Part shown: positions 1 through 13,395 of the stretch, piece after piece
How positions within the stretch are numbered: the stretch's first letter is position 1
How the letters are laid out: each line of letters starts with the position of its first letter
Assembly: GCF_964204645.1 (NCBI RefSeq)
Contig: NC_134033.1
Location: forward strand, 11,664,655 to 11,728,654
Length of the DNA stretch: 64,000 bases
Origin: Tubulanus polymorphus
Lineage: Eukaryota > Animalia > Nemertea
Direction: 5' to 3'
Translations under genes and position numbers: made by a program
The notes under the pieces: generated by a model
What the model was told of the DNA's origin: nothing
The model's input: the letters and a program-made list of their open reading frames with translations, nothing else
Databases searched by the model: none

Positions 1-3000
1 ACTGGTTTGTGATACGGAATATCTTCAGTCCCTATTTGTCTTAGTCTCCCCGGCAATTTCAGTTAGCTTGTAGACAAAAAATTGACGCCGCCGTTCAAGT
101 CATAAACTTTAATTTTTGAGATAGTTGTTCCTGTATTAGTCGGTAATCGGTGTAACGCGCGACGTTTAGGGTCGATGCCACGGGTTAATAAGTAAGTTCT
201 CGGAAATAAATGAATTTTCTCCGTCGACTGTTCGATAAATTAGACTTAGGTAACGCGTATGCGTGTTAATGCCAGGTTTATGACCGGATCTGAGTATTTT
301 TGGCGTGGCTTCAGACGTGACTGAGTTTAAGTCGTGTAAATATACAGTACGGTGTCGTATATGCGCACCGATATCATCGCGGAATGGCTTCGTGTGTCAT
401 GTCGTTCCAATCCTAGCAACATCGACGCTAATTTTAAGAGTGCACCTGGTCCAGGGAAATGTCTCTCCATTGAAACTTAATATATACAACTAGAAATTTA
501 CCGACCTCAATTAGCTTATTAAGATTACCTACTTCTGTGTCACGCGTAATTGCTGATTATCTATTTTTACTTTCTAGATATTGTAAGGTTTTAACCGTAT
601 TTAATTCCATGTCGATGGAACAGGTACGTTGATCGACTTCTTATTCAGTAATATACTAGTATTAATTGTAGGTGCCTACGTAGCTTGACTTGAGAAGAAG
701 TTGTTCAAGTTTTGTGAAACGAATTTCGACGAAATTTAATCAAATCAAAGACGTCTCAGGTTTTGTTGTCAGTGAAGTATACAAAAACGTATATCAAACG
801 GTACAATTTACAACGAAAAGCCGAAGAAAAGTTTCGAGTCATGAAAGGATTATCTTATTATCTTGACGACCACGCAACGTAGCGGCTTTTGTTGGATGGC
901 GGACGAACAAAGTTCGGTAGAAATCGCAGTTTCACGGATGACCGCACTTTGACGACATTCAATTGGAAAATGAAATGATTTCAGACGGTTGGTCATTTTT
1001 GACACCGATTGATGTTTAACGACGTCGTTGTTCAAAGGCTGCAGACGTCACGATTACTCGTTGAAACTCTAACTCACTTGATGTCGGTAGAATTATGAAA
1101 TTGAATCTTAAACTTTCAAGGAAGTTTTAACGTGAGTAAAGACTTTCAGCGAGCGAGTTAATGAATATTTGAATAGCGGATCCACGGGTCGCCTAGCTTC
1201 CTCTCCACACGAACCGGACCCAGGGCACCAGTTGCCAATTTCTGGTTAACGTTCCCTGGATCAGAATCTAACTCACAACTGGAAAACTGTGCGTTATCCA
1301 CAGCGATAGCTTGTTGACACATCTGTAAACAGCTTTATCAAAATTGTAAATAGTTGAGATTATCGAAAATAGTATACAGTGAAAATTGAACTAAATTTTC
1401 ACTCGATTATTATTTTACGATTATCAATATTGAGTGGAACTCAGTCCTGCTATCAGTTTCGTGGTGAATCTAGATGCGCCGAAGGTATAGACTACTATTT
1501 GTATCAAAATTATCAAAATATATCTCTAAAAACTCTTTTTGAATTCCAATGAATACAGCACATGCATTGACCGCCGATGACATCACCGAATATATCTGTA
1601 CTGCAATTTCCGATTAAAACCCCCTGTTTCGCTCCCGGCAGGTGTGGTGGGTTTGCAAGGGACACCGATTCAAATCCAAAATCAAACGAAATCTACCAAT
1701 TGAATAAATAACAGGGTCAATCCTCAATTTTAAGATAGGATGGTTACCAAAATACAGAATTCCCAGTTTCTGATGCGTATATATTCTACTTCAGAATTGG
1801 GTATCTAACCTCGAAATTGGATTAAGTTTGTTCGCGAATTGAGTAGAAACCCTGTGCGACCGATACAGTTAGAAGATAACTTATATCCGCAAGGCCGCAA
1901 GCTCACACTCTCGCATTCATGCACATTCTTAGTCCGTTCACACATACATGTTAGGTCTACTTTTACCTAAATGGTTTCACCTAACCGACCCTGAAAAACA
2001 TTCATTTGTATTCGGCGTTTGATGCCCGCAGAACACGAAATGACCTTTTCGATCTGTTCGTGGAAACCTTGTAGTCACTGTCGGCAATCAAACGTTTCTT
2101 ATCACACCACACTCTTGACATAAACAACGAAGAATTTCATACTCAAAACATGAATATATGCGTTGAATGCAAAAAGAAACAATTTGCGAATATAATATAA
2201 ATTTTACCTTTGAAATGCCCGTCTCAAAAACAGTTCTTATCAGTTCTTTCTATCCGGTTCGTCGATAGGATAGCATTCTGAAACGTAAACAAGCGTAATC
2301 TTCCGTCGGTCGAGACTTAAGTTCTGCTAGTGGCTACTAGGTGACTAAATGCGATGGCCAAAAGAAAGCTCATCTGAAATTGAAGCCACTTTATATAAAT
2401 GATAAGTGTCACTACGCGGCGCCATCCAGTACTGGTAAAAATCCATGACGTCATTATAACTCGTGTCACCACCGTTTTTCAAAATTGTTGTCTCATCCCA
2501 ATTGTGCAAAGCCCTAATGCTAAAAACAGTCCGTATCCGATAAGAGCTTATGAAATTATGCGTATATCAATGATAAATAGTTCATTCACTAATATACATG
2601 GTACGAGACGTTTGTAGATATGCCCATTTTTATCATCGGGGGTGTGCAGGGAATTGTACAACGCGACAATTCCTTTAACAACTGGGTAAAAGCAGTATTT
2701 CTAAAAAATAAACTGGTATTATCTCTATCCATCTGATCTGAGCCGTGATTTAAAAATCTTAAGCCGATTTTGAAGGAAGGTTATGCTATGATACAAAAAT
2801 ACACGCGAGAAAAGAAGACAAGATCTTTCGTTAAAAAAGCCTTCAAGACATAAGATTATCTATTTAGCTCGAAATACGTGGTAATTCCTGAAGCTTGTTT
2901 CTTTTTTTGGTGTAGGTGTTGGGATCATCGCTCCCGACCTTTACAGGTAGTATTTCAATTCACCCTCAAACACCTAGTATTCCATCTGATGTGTCCGAGA

Positions 3001-6000
3001 ACTGGAGACTTATATATATCACTTTGACTAGAATCTATTACCGAAACCGAAATCGAAAGAATGTATTGTAAGAAATGTTTCCTATTTACGGACAGCGTTA
3101 CGATTTGAACTCCAACGTGAATAAATCTTAGAATCTATGAAAAGATTTTTTTCTCGCTCAAAAATACTGGTCGAGTTTGACGATATTATCTCAGCGCTTC
3201 AAATCTAATAATTTGCTTCTAGAATATTAAATAAAATGTTTCAAAATCTTTCTTCGATAGAAATGAAATATCAATCGATGAAACGTAAATATTCGTTACA
3301 AAATGAGTTGAAATAGATGTTTTCCATTCCGGTAGATTAAGCCAGTGTTGTGTTACCTACCCATTTATCTTAACCTAAGCATAGTGCACTTTCCACGACT
3401 GGCCACGATTCGCTGGTATCGTGATTTTATTCCTACCAACCACGACCGCGACCTGCTGCGACAGTTTGTCCGGTTTTAGTTGATCGGCTGCTTGGCAAAA
3501 CATTTACATATAGTCATTTTGTATGAAAAACCCGTAAGAAATAAAAACATGAAAAATCTATTGTCCTATATTCGCGTTGACTACATGGTTGAAGGCACCT
3601 TCCACAGGACGGTAGATATTGCAGTCGAACACTAGAAAAGGAACATTTTACATCCATTTCTGAACGTTTGTTCGAAAAGCGAAGCAAAAATGACGTAGAT
3701 CCCTCAATTCGAGGTCGGATTTTTTTTCTTAAACATTTATTTGTATTTTCCGTCATTGCCACAAAACAATCTATTCTTCAGCTGTGTATCTAACTTGGAG
3801 GGGCGGAAAACAGTCAACAATATCATAGTATAGTTTTTGTTTTCATTTTCTCTTTATTTCCACGAATGCCCGATCGTAAATACCGGAAAAACACCTACGC
3901 TATTCGACTGGGAGCTATTTCATTACCGACATGCGATGGTTTATTGTCTGGTTCGTATCTAGTCGACAAAGAAGTATGTTCGGCAAGACTAAATGTAATC
4001 TACTAAGTTGTGGTGTCTCAGGGAGTGTGCGCATACCATGATTTTGGAAACATTCCTTTTTGCTTCCTAATTACACCCGGACTTACCATGCACATCTCTA
4101 ATCGTTTAAAAACCTATTCTAGTATGTGATTGTTGAATATGGGACCAAAATGGCTAGAGAAAATTCCTTTTGAATTCTGCTAATAGGACTTGTTCGGTCA
4201 TGCGCTTTTTCATGTTACTGTGCCACATTAGTGTTCGAACACAATATGCACTTTGTATAACAGACTCTCGGAGTTTGTTAATCCTCCGTTTAGTCTCCGG
4301 CACTGGTTGACAAACTAACTACGACATCACGTCTATTTAAGACTTCTACAAATCATTAATTTGCACGTAAATTTATCTCTTCAAAATAGATACACGTGAC
4401 TTTTAAATAAATAAACATGTCAAATTTTGTATATCCCATAGTCGAGATGTAGAGTTTATGAAAAGGCGGGGTATAGACTAAAAAAGATAATCTTACCTTG
4501 TTTCTCATTTTCCATGCTCCACATCCTCAACGTCCGTTCGGGATTCTTTTATACAATTAATACTCTTAAGTTTGTTACCATAAACAAGGTTGTTGATATA
4601 ATATTTCTTTCCTTTTTTATTACGGAAATTGGTTCATTCGTTCATATTCTTACTTTCAATTTATCTCAAGATAGACATAGTCTCCATTTCGTCTGCGATG
4701 CAAGCAACGAGATAACGAACGTTTTAAGTCGATTAATCTTATTAATTGATTATGAAACTGTTTCATAAAAATGGCAGAATGTAATGAAACATGCGAAAAC
4801 CGTTTCGTTTTGCAGGAGCGGATCAGCAGGATTACTGGATTCATCCACCTCCTGGGGGACACTGCACTGAAAAAAGGGCGCAGGTATGATGATTGAAGAC
4901 TCTCAAAGTTCTTTTGATAACTTGGTAACGATTTATGACATTTTTCAGCTACTTCAGCGGTTACTTCAAATGCAGCATATTTACGGATTGTCCAACGCTT
5001 TTGCATACATTACAATAGGCTGGGCGAAGTTAAAGAAGAAAGGTCACCACTATAGTGATATCAATCTCAGTGTAGAGTTAACGAATAAAAACCCACAGTA
5101 GATATGTAGAAAAACTCTAATCCCTATCATCAGAGAAAGTAAAAACTAAGCTTCTCTGTATCTGCTGTTATGCGACCCGAAGAAGGAACCGAAATATCGT
5201 GGCAGAGCGTACCCTTCCTCAGCTCCGCACAACGACACAAATTGAATTTTGACCCGAGACCAAAAATAAATAAACAACTCATGTGTATATATTCCGAAAT
5301 CTAGATACTCGTCACAACTATTTTATTAGACTCGTGTCTCCGAAGTATCGATATCTTTTACAATTTTTGTTTCCTACTTTCTTGAGTGTGTTCTTCCCCG
5401 TTGTTCTTCCGGGTGCTCTCCCGGAGCTACCCCGTTGCTCTCCCGAGTACTCTCCGACTAGTCCAGCTATGTCTCTTATTTTTATACTATCAAAATTTGG
5501 TTTCCAGGGAACTATTCTCGTGACCAACGCCACCACATTTTGGGAGGGCCGACGACCAACCTCGGGACCTGATTCGCCCACCAGGCCCCCAAGAATTAAT
5601 GTTCTTAGCAACCTGGTTACGAAACAAGCCCGGAGTTGTCTCGGTTTCCAAACATGTAGACGTTGACACTTGACTAATCCCCTAGGATTTCTACTATTGT
5701 CTTGAAAACTAAATCCAAAATATTTCTTATTAATCCGACAATACACTCAACCAGTAACAAAAGCAAATGAGCATTAAACAATCATTAAGCCAGAACTTGC
5801 CCGTTTGTGAATTTCTAGCGAACAAAAGCAAATAGACATCGAAGAACCATAAGTCAAAACATGCCCGTTTAGGAATTCCCAGTGAATTGAGTTGTATGTA
5901 TTATGAACATACAACTGCTATCGATTTACGCATGTTTGATAAAAATCAAAAATTGCCTATCATAACACTACTGTGGGTTTCTATTTGTTAAGAAGGGCCA

Positions 6001-6454
6001 CCATCACGAACATTCTCATTGCACTGGTTACCCATATAGGGCTTTATGTGTCAAAACTCTTCAATGAATTCACGCAAAACCAAAGTGATCAACCACGGTG
6101 CTATACCCTATTTCAGTCGGGCCCTCGCTGTCTCGTTGAGATGCTGGAGCTATCGTCTACAACCACGTCGTAACGATGTTGAGAATGAGCGATGCTAAAA
6201 AACTATGACAAACAAGACAAATAATATATATAGATATATTTCAACAGTGCAAACAGAAAATTGTTATGAATTCAATTAACCGCTCGCATATAGTTATAGT
6301 TGTGTAAATAAGAAAAAAATAATTATCCAATTCAATTTGATACTAAACAAAATAATAGTTATGGATATTTTGTACAGAATTGAAAAACGTATATAAATAT
6401 GTAAGGAAAAACAGCGCCGCAGCCTCGACGCTTAGGTGAAATTTGAGTCAACGG

Positions 6455-7865
6455 TCACAGGCTATTCACACATTCTTGGGCCCCTGCTTTTCCCTGGACA
6501 CCATCCTTTAAACTATCCACTAGTTGTTGTAGCGTATCCCTCAAACTATCCATCTTTCTGTAACCTACAACAAACATACATATACATTGAATTGAAGCAA
6601 CAGATATTCAACGAGATGGCGTGTCAGTAAATATTTTTCCAATAAACTTTGAAATTGAATTTATACCACTGAGTCGAAATTGCTCAGGGTAGATCGCGTT
6701 GTCAACTGCTCAAATGCTCGGAATTGAATATCCGAAAGAATTTCATACGAATAGATCTAGTCAGCTGGGGTTCTTTAAATGAAAGTCTTTATTCTTACCT
6801 AAACTACTGAATTCTCTGTGCGTAAAATCGTTGTACTGGCAAACCATAAATTTACAGCCGTCTTGACCACTCTGTTTTTCGCACTGTTGATATTTCGGTT
6901 CCAAGTCGATTTCAATTCGAAGGCACTTGTCCAGTCTTGCTCCCGTCAGTGGATTTTGTCTCCTAGTGCTGCACTGATTTATAGCCATTCCACACATGTT
7001 TTCGCACTGATCGACTGAGTATGTTTTCTGACAGTACGAATGACACAGACTGCCTGACGATGAAGACGGCACAACGGCCACGAAGAGAATGACTATAAAA
7101 ACAATACCGAACACTATAGTAAGAATGTAATGAATTGATCGTGAGCGTGCAAAAAGTTACCCGTCGAAAATATTCCGTAGCATTAATTCACGTTTCCTTC
7201 CAGTCATGGTCAAATGGGTCTCGAGCGCTTAGTACATTTATCGAGTCTGTGATGGCAGTAATTTAGCCGTATCAATTTATGCAGAGCATATGAATGAACT
7301 CTTAATCATGATGCTTGCACTATCAATATTTATTGTAACTCATGAAATTAGATAATTATACATTTGTAGTATAGATTTATTTACACATCACAGCGCTTTA
7401 CAAACTGGCAAGAAGGGAAATAGTATACGAATTTCACAGAGTTTACCGGCGGTCTAATAAAGATATTATACGTATATTGCTTATATTGTCAAAAACGAAT
7501 GATATAATTACAAAATAAGCATCGATTAGTTCATAGTTCATTAAAATTTCAATACTTCGACACTTGAATTGATTTGAATTGACCCGCAACCAGTCCAGCC
7601 CAATATCGATGACGTATTGCGCATCCATAGTACCTTATAAATAACTTTTAGTAGTTGATTATTGATGGCCAGAACAGAACAGAACAGATCAGAACTACGC
7701 TCGTTAATAAAAGTATGTAATCTGAAGATCTATTCAGAATATTTCCCAAATCGTGGCGGGAACGATTCGGAACATTAAGCAAATGAATTTAAAAAATAAA
7801 AAATAAAAAACTGTAATACTAGTTATGCATATGCTTTTTTTACCTGCGGAAATAGCGAAGATCAT
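6455..7865 (-). CDS. Small secreted cysteine-rich protein (148 aa, 10 Cys), 3 exons, family not recognised
   Basis: Exons 7865-7844 (ATG ATC TTC GCT ATT TCC GCA G|gtaa), 7113-6799 (tag|...TTA G|gtaag) and 6564-6455 (tag|...TGA). Both introns are phase 1 and the CDS is 447 nt. Protein: MIFAISAVFGIVFIVILFVAVVPSSSSGSLCHSYCQKTYSVDQCENMCGMAINQC...CKFMVCQYNDFTHREFSSLGYRKMDSLRDTLQQLVDSLKDGVQGKAGAQECVNSL. It has a hydrophobic signal peptide and an even Cys count. Confidence 0.8.
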
Positions 7866-7968
7866 ATTGCGAAGTGTGTGTGTGTTTTCGTGCTAGTGTT
7901 CCACGTTCTACTGATAGTGTGTGAAGTAATTGAATATAATTATACAGTACAGAGCACAATTAAGTGAA

Positions 7969-7976
7969 TATATATA
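7969..7976 (-). promoter_or_regulatory. Possible TATA box of the Cys-rich protein gene
   Basis: TATATATA about 100 nt upstream of the ATG at 7865. The AT-rich background makes this weak. Confidence 0.3.
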
Positions 7977-8799
7977 GGACATAGGAATCATATTTATTAC
8001 TAATATCAATACATATCATATATACTCACATGCATTATATGCACATATTTTTGCTAACGCGTTTCGAATTCATCTGATCATGGTTTCATTCTTTTAATCG
8101 CTTTCGGGCTGTTACAAAAATTGCATTTTTCGTTCGAAACAGAAGCATGTTTTTTTCATATTCATATTTTGTATGGCGAAGAGATCTATTTAAATTTTTG
8201 ACGCCCATTTCGATACAGTACATTTCTTATATATCGTACATGATTTTATGTTGAGATAATTACTCGACGTTAGATGCGACGTGTGAATATATTCAATTGC
8301 TGCGTTTATGAAATCGTATCTACATTTGATGACTAATTATGTCGTAATAACGTTTTATTGCTGTTGAACTTGCTAACGCATTTCAGGACACGATTACCAG
8401 GAAATCCCCTATTACTGAATCATTCCTACCGATAATAAATAGTAATTAAAAACTATTATTGTCAGGGTTTCGAGCCTGATATGACTGGTTACATCTACGT
8501 CAATGTTTCGTATCACTACAAATTACTTTCCAATTAAAGTTAACTTGAATCGACGTTTACTGTAATTGGTGTAAATTGATTGATTGATTTTTCTTGTTAT
8601 TTCACGGCTACATTGAACAAATAAAACTAACGAAGGAATTGAATTTGAAATGAATTTATTCAAGGGAAATAGGAAAAAAGTATTATACTTTGAAGAGGGA
8701 AATCTTAATCATGTACATGTATATTTTACTAATGCAGAATGTTCTTACGACGAGTTTTAACGCGTTAAGTTAAGATTGATTAATAGTCGGGTCCAGATA

Positions 8800-11700
8800 T
8801 CAACATGTATTACAGGCTTTAGCGCAATTCGGTAACATCCAGCCGGGATTAGCGATACATTCTCCTCTCCGTGCCCACGCTGTACATTGTCCGTCACTGT
8901 GTTTATTCTTACAATCTATGAAAAAATATAATTTCGTATTAGGTCGCTGTGATCTATTGTCCTTTGTGTGACGTATATGAAAATATTAGGTATAAATCAA
9001 TCAAAATGTGGCTAAAGTAGATCTTTCGGTTTCCTGTCCAAGTAGTCGGTCGGGAATGTAATGCAGGGCGCCGTTTTATTGAGCAGCTAAACTTTTACCC
9101 GGGTCCCAGCCATTTGTCAATTGAGTGAATGGTCAAATATGGTATTTGCGGCCCGGATAGAATGATGATGGCTTATCCTGCTGAGCTACTACTGTGGTCG
9201 ATTGTGAATGAACAACAAGTTCATGTGATTTAATTACCCGACTGAGAATCATTATCACAAGCGTCGCACGATTTCTGACAATTTTTCAACATCCAGCCTG
9301 GATTCGCAACGCATTCCCCTCTCTTCGCCCAACTATCGCATTGTCTGTTGTCGTGTGTATTCTTACACGAGCTTCCTCCATTTCCACCGTTGTTACTGGA
9401 CGACGAGTCGCACATTCGACACGCTTTAGCGCAGTTGATTTTCATCCAGCGCGGATTTCTCTCGCATTCTCCTGATCGTTTCCACGTGGCGCAAGATATA
9501 TCGCCGTAAACGTTTTTACAGCTATTATCGCCAGCCCCATTTCCACCTCCAGATGCTCCATTTCCACCTCCGGATGCTCCATTTCCACCTCCAGATGCCC
9601 CATTACCAACATCCCCATCTGTTTGTCCAGCCTGGCCGGTACCGATACGGGCAACCTTCTTTACATTAGTTTTCAAATTAGCCCGGTTTGCCTCACCCGA
9701 ATCTTTCAATACACCTGATTATCAAAGATCGAAATCATTTAAATTTTCTGAGTGAGAAATATCATTAAAAATTTAGGAACGGGTATATATTTACCGCAAT
9801 TGTGACAAGATTTCTTGCAAACTTTCCCCATCCACATCCACATCGAGAAGTCCCACTTACAGCCACCCTGGTCGACGTACGATTTACAGAAATGTATCTC
9901 GTCTTTGCATTTATCTAGAAGATCAATCATATTCTTCATAATGTATCACTGCGCAGTTATCAAATCTTCATAACGCAAACGAATTTCATAAACTTATGAA
10001 CACGTATTATTCAATGTATCAAAATACGATGAAGATGTTCGATACTCTTATCACAGTGGACACTTATTGATAGAACACTTACTGCGGCAGTCGAGTCCTG
10101 TATAACCGGACTTGCACTTGCACGAACAGGATGACTTGTCGAAAATACCGCCATTCTGACAGCGATTAATTGTACATTCTGTGAATGAAAAAAAGGGTTG
10201 ACGATAGATTCGTGTGGGATATTTTATCTTTACTTTGAGTCAGCCAAATTACTAACTCAATAAAACCATGGACTCTAAAAAAGCGTAAAACCTAATTTAA
10301 TATGAAATTTACTATAAATCCCGCAGAAAGATGACCGACTTGGTGAAATCTTCCATTGGGCCAATCAAATTTCTATAATGCAGTTAGTACTAAAACGGCA
10401 CACGACTCTATAGTACAAGGGGCAATATTTCGTGGATGACTTTTTCTTGATGAAAACTTACTACATTTTGAATCTGAATTCGAGCACATTTTCTGTGAGC
10501 CTATAAAAGATAAATCAATCATAATTAAAGCTGATGATACTGAATACGATAAGCCGGTGATAAGCATTGATAAATCGATCAGTAATTAGTAACTCACTGC
10601 ATAGTTTAGAGTTCATACAGAACCCATACCCGACTGGGCAGTTTGAGCAAGGTCTGCCCTTTTTGTATGGTATCCGTTTTTCATTATTCAATGCCGTATT
10701 ACCTCTAGAAATCAAAAATGAACATTTTTGATGGTACATAATTCAAAATTGAGAAAAGATGAGTTCGGAAGTAAATGGCAACACCAAGAACTCAACATCG
10801 ATAAAACAGCTTAGCTTCGTAGAGCTGAGACTTGAGTATCTATGATGGATTTGAATATTCACGGTATCTAACAGTATATAATTATTCCATGATTAAGATC
10901 TTTCATATGAATGAGAAAAAAATTCAATCTCAAATCTATGTGTATGTGGATACGGGTTAAAAACCTTCTTTCACGTGTTGTACGGAGATTGGAGGATTCC
11001 ATATATAATGACACCGTACTTGCAGTGACCATGGAGGTCTAAGCTGCTGCAACAGGACACTTACCCGGGAGCGTAGTCACAATACAGGACGAATTTACCG
11101 AGTTGCGGACATCTATTCCAGCCGCACCCAACCTTTATAGTCTTAGACCACGCTATCTGTATAATTTATCAAGTAGAAATATACGTAGTGAATGGCTCCG
11201 GGATCTGGTGCCACTAAAGGAAACTCAAAACTTGAAATATTGGAAACTGGAAAGATGGCTGCACCAAAAGACAATTTCAAAGTAATCATAGATAGAAAAC
11301 TCTGTCGGTGTTTCTGGATTTTAATTACTTTTCAGAATTTAGTCTGAAGATAACTATTAGAACAGTCGGAACATCGAAAATGAATCATAAACTGAAGGAA
11401 CCCTTTTCGTTCCTATCTCAGAGTGTGTGATTTTCTATATTACACTTTATAGTTAATTGTCGTTTACCTGAGTATAATGACCACACATTTTACCGGGTTT
11501 ACAATGATCATTTTGCATCGAATAATCTACATATTCGTCAAACCAAACCTGAAACGACCTGTAACAAAATCTCATTGTTCAATAGTTTTTATTTTGGTTA
11601 TCTATTCAGTACAAGGAATATCGATTTTGAATTTGAAAATCCAATAAAACGGCCGAGGCCGATTAAGAGCCCAATAACCAAGTTTTGATTGTTGCATTCA

Positions 11701-13395
11701 GCGAAACGTTCAGATTATATGTATTCGACATTTTATACTTAGGCCTATTCATTGAAATGTTTGGTCCTGGGAGCTAAATTCTCAATTAATAATTTAAGGC
11801 TAACTCCATTAATGGATCGCTAGGAGTCACTTCAATGAAGATCACTCTAGACTCTTGCCCTAATTGCAGACTTTCTGTCCTATTATCGTATCGTATCGTA
11901 TCGTATCGTATCGTATCGTATCGTATCGTATCGTATCGTATCGTATCGCATCGCATCGCATCGCATCGCATCGCATCGCATCGCATCGCATCGCATCGCA
12001 TCGCATCGCATCGCATCGCATCGCATCGCATCGCATCGCATCGCATCGCATCGCATCGCATCGCATCGCATCGCATCGCATCGCATCGCATCGCATCGCA
12101 TCGCATCGCATCGCATCGCATCGCATCGCATCGCATCGCATCGCATCGCATCGCATCGCATCGCATCGCATCGCATCGCATCGCATCGCATCGCATCGCA
12201 TCGCATCGCATCGCATCGCATCGCATCGCATCGCATCGCATCGCATCGCATCGCATCGCATCGCATCGCATCGTATCGTATCGTATCGTAACGTATCGTA
12301 TTGTTTTCGCAGTCATTGAAGATGGCGATATTTCTATATAATGTATTCAGATGATCTACATGATATCAACCAACTTAAGGACGATAATTAAAATTGTCTA
12401 CTCACTTCTCGATGCCGTAGTTGCCGGCATAATTCTGACCTACGTTCGGATAGGGTTCGAATTTTCGATCGTCTGCGGAATTGTGCCAACCTTGACATTG
12501 GTCAGCCCATTTCTGTGACGTTTGTTGCAAACGATCGTCCCATTCCTTTAGAAAGCGGAAAGAATCAGGTGACATTTAATGATAATGTTTAATTGATTTA
12601 ATGGTAATGTTTTATTAATGTATGGAAGATATTGCAGATATTTTAGACAAAACAAGGCATCATTTTGATCGATCCCGTATTATACAATACGGCAACAGTT
12701 GAGGCGAATTTATCTTGTCACTGAGATTTGATTTTCCTAATTATAATTTGCTAGTTACGTATAATCTAATCAAATAAGATTTGCACAACAGGATGAATTT
12801 GACGCCTTGTTCCAAACGGTTGACAAGAAATACTGTCCCACTTTCTAAATATTTCCTATTGAATGAGTTTCAGGTTTCTCTTTCAGTTTTGACATTTAAT
12901 ATCAGTATTTCGAAAAAAATTTGTGAATCTACCATCTTCAAATCGTATCAAATCACCTCCGGGGGTGATTTGATGATTTGACAAATCGATTTGAATTTGA
13001 TGCCGTGTTAAATTCAAAAATTAGACCAAATCAAATTTGATTACGACAAGATAAAAACGATTTTACTTAAAATCAAATTTAATTTGACGTGATAAATTCG
13101 CCTTTAATCAACAGTTTTGTCAGCAAAAACGGAGCCAGTAGGAAACTGCAACTACTATCATTCTTTCCACGTAACATTATGCCTAAAATTTTTTTAAAGA
13201 TCAATCAATGAAATATACCATAGCGACCATATCGGAGGCAGCAGGCTGACCATTTAATTCACCATTTGCCAACATAGCTCGCCCCTCGTTGTGCAGGTCC
13301 AACAGTTTTTGCTTTTCAGCTTTGGTGAAACCTCTGTTCAGTATCTGAGCGTTTAACATCCCACACAAGGAAAATATGACCAGTGAAGACCACAT
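8800..13395 (-). CDS. Secreted CAP/SCP (CRISP/venom allergen-like) protein with EGF and four ShKT domains, 471 aa, 9 exons
   Basis: Exons 13395-13219, 12545-12406, 11558-11468, 11156-11065, 10704-10598, 10178-10083, 9914-9795, 9714-9238, 8915-8800; phases are consistent and the CDS is 1416 nt. CAP motifs: [55 protein letters not shown], hinge [14 protein letters not shown]: [10 protein letters not shown]...[12 protein letters not shown]. Four ShKT modules (e.g. [28 protein letters not shown]) with a GNGASGG linker. Minus-strand AATAAA near 8655. Confidence 0.93.
11885..12300. repeat. Compound pentanucleotide microsatellite (ATCGT)12(ATCGC)65(ATCGT)~6 in intron 2 of the CAP gene
   Basis: Read directly. 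It produces the spurious MRCDA and HRIAS ORFs. Confidence 0.98.
12701..13104. mobile_element. MITE-like element (~400 bp) in intron 1 of the CAP gene
   Basis: Imperfect terminal inverted repeats: GAGGCGAATTTATCTTGTCA...ATTTGATTTT on the left, and the reverse complement of AAAATCAAATTTAATTTGACGTGATAAATTCGCCTT on the right. Internal ATTTGA/TCAAAT sub-repeats; no ORF. Confidence 0.65.

Noticed and set aside
5283-5746. Overlapping ORFs, one containing YSPTSP (RNA polymerase II CTD-like)
   Set aside because: A single heptad-like match with no splice structure or domain support; possibly a repeat-element relic, but I cannot support that.
11786-12341. Five ORFs of MRCDA/HRIAS repeats
   Set aside because: They are translations of a stop-free pentanucleotide microsatellite inside a well-defined intron.
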